Shown here in pieces: positions 45,227 to 46,181 of a stretch of 46,181 bases of DNA; position 1 is the stretch's first letter, and every line of letters starts with the position of its first letter. The DNA is from Nitrospiraceae bacterium. GTDB taxonomy: Bacteria > Nitrospirota > Nitrospiria > Nitrospirales > Nitrospiraceae. Below the pieces are notes generated by a model. It made no database searches. It saw only the letters and a program-made list of their open reading frames with translations, and was not told the DNA's origin. The position numbers and the translations under genes were made by a program. The stretch is taken from NCBI GenBank assembly GCA_035632555.1, contig DASQGO010000105.1:1-46181 (forward strand). Direction: 5' to 3'.

Positions 45227-45712
45227 GTGGGCACACCACGAACCAGACGGGCGATTTCTCTTGCGCTCCTCGGACGGGCCGGAGCCGCGCCTCATCTCGC
45301 AGCACTGCCGGAGCTTTGCGCCGCCATCACTCCTCAGAGCCTGACGCTCAGCCTTCCGGTGCCTCCGAGCATCAACCATCAATATGCCACCGTCAACGGA
45401 CGCCGCATCCTGTCTTCAGAGGGCCGCGGCTACAAAGCGACGGTTGGCCAGCAGGTTCTTATCGCGCTGGCCCGCTCGCCCCACAAGGAATCCCTGCTAC
45501 GCGTCCTGCGCAGCAGCGATCTGACGCTGGCCATTCATTTTTATTTTGCCTCGCCGCTACGGCGTGACGTGGACGGCGGCCTGAAGATCGCGCAGGACGC
45601 CCTGTGCGAAGCGCTGAGGCTCAACGACAACCGTATCGTGGAAATCCACCTTTACAAATCCCGCGATGCCCACCATCCCCGCATCGAGATGACGCTCGGC
45701 ACCTGCCCGTAA
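45227..45712 (+). CDS. rusA: RusA-family Holliday junction resolvase (start uncertain)
   Basis: LSLPVPPSINHQY....GRRILS.EG..YK..V aligns with the E. coli RusA N-terminus (LPWPPSNNRYY), and RRDVDGGLKIAQDAL...LNDNRIV with its RRDLDN...LDD acidic site. In-frame GTGs occur at 45098, 45191, 45209 and 45227. None has an RBS. Confidence 0.65.
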   Translation: MGTPRTRRAISLALLGRAGAAPHLAALPELCAAITPQSLTLSLPVPPSINHQYATVNGRRILSSEGRGYKATVGQQVLIALARSPHKESLLRVLRSSDLTLAIHFYFASPLRRDVDGGLKIAQDALCEALRLNDNRIVEIHLYKSRDAHHPRIEMTLGTCP

Positions 45713-45747
45713 ACCTCTGTTGGCTGTGCGTGCTTTACCGCGGTACG

Positions 45748-46181
45748 CTACTCATATCGGAGGGCGTCGATGGGATTCAGGCGCGAGGCCTTGTTGGCAG
45801 GATAGAGGCCGAAGAACAGCCCCACCACGAGCGAGAACAGAAACGCCGCAGCGATGGATTCGAACGAAATGATCGTGGGCCAGCCCGCCAGCACCGTCGT
45901 CGCGCGGGCGCACACGACGCCCAGCACGATTCCCAGCAACCCTCCGAAGAGACTGAGTGTCATCGCTTCGATGAGAAACTGCATCAGGATATGTTTCCGC
46001 TTGGCGCCCACGGCCATGCGCACGCCGATTTCCCTGGTCCGCTCCGTAACCGACACCAGCAGAATGTTCATGATGCCGATGCCGCCCACCAGCAGCGATA
46101 TCGACGCGATCGCGAACAGCATGAGCGTCAGTGTCTGCCCCATCCCCTCCTGCACCTTCGCGATATCCACCTGGGTCCGGA
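45748..46181 (-). CDS. MacB-type ABC transporter permease, C-terminal FtsX domain (N-terminus beyond the window end)
   Basis: ...LLVGGIGIMNILLVSVTERTREIGVRMAVGAKRKHIL.QFLIEA...YPANKASRLNPIDALRYE. The reading frame stays open to the window edge. Confidence 0.85.
   Translation of the reverse strand, partial: RTQVDIAKVQEGMGQTLTLMLFAIASISLLVGGIGIMNILLVSVTERTREIGVRMAVGAKRKHILMQFLIEAMTLSLFGGLLGIVLGVVCARATTVLAGWPTIISFESIAAAFLFSLVVGLFFGLYPANKASRLNPIDALRYE

Overview
This is a GC-rich (about 60%) chromosomal segment of a diderm bacterium, densely packed with core housekeeping genes. I found no rRNA, CRISPR array, transposase or IS element, and no recognisable defence system. Minus-strand block (1-20255): a Moco, Fe-S and Tat cluster (moeA partial, mrp/apbC, mogA, tatC), htrA and a mono-haem cytochrome c. 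A 17-gene co-directional chain follows: tolQ-tolR-tolA-tolB-pal, two tandem ybgF/cpoB paralogs, mutL, miaA, mtnP, a pfkB kinase, a PilW-like TPR lipoprotein and rodZ. The block ends with tRNA-Val, tRNA-Asp and xerD. Plus-strand block: an LpoA-like TPR/PBP protein, an M50 protease, trpS, a PEGA lipoprotein and gap-pgk-tpiA-secG. After ilvE, a Ser/Thr kinase and a DUF1566 protein comes rplU-rpmA-obg-proB-nadD-rsfS-lapAB-bioB. The right end holds a split FtsX-type ABC transporter (the ATPase is start/stop-coupled to class-1A pyrD, with a small luxR between ATPase and permease), comF, and an odd trio: an excisionase-type HTH, an orphan mraZ and a stand-alone rusA. Structure not explained by genes includes a roughly 120-bp imperfect-palindrome repeat family (3 copies, with compensatory changes in the arms). 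There is also a degenerate tandem duplication of the tolB 3' end that fills the tolB-pal spacer, a direct-repeat array on a consensus promoter upstream of HTH-mraZ, and a low-GC patch inside the DUF1566 gene. I see no convincing novel multi-gene system. The HTH-mraZ-rusA locus, the repeat family and the split ABC/pyrD/luxR locus are the best leads. All calls rest on reading translations and motifs by eye; no searches were run.
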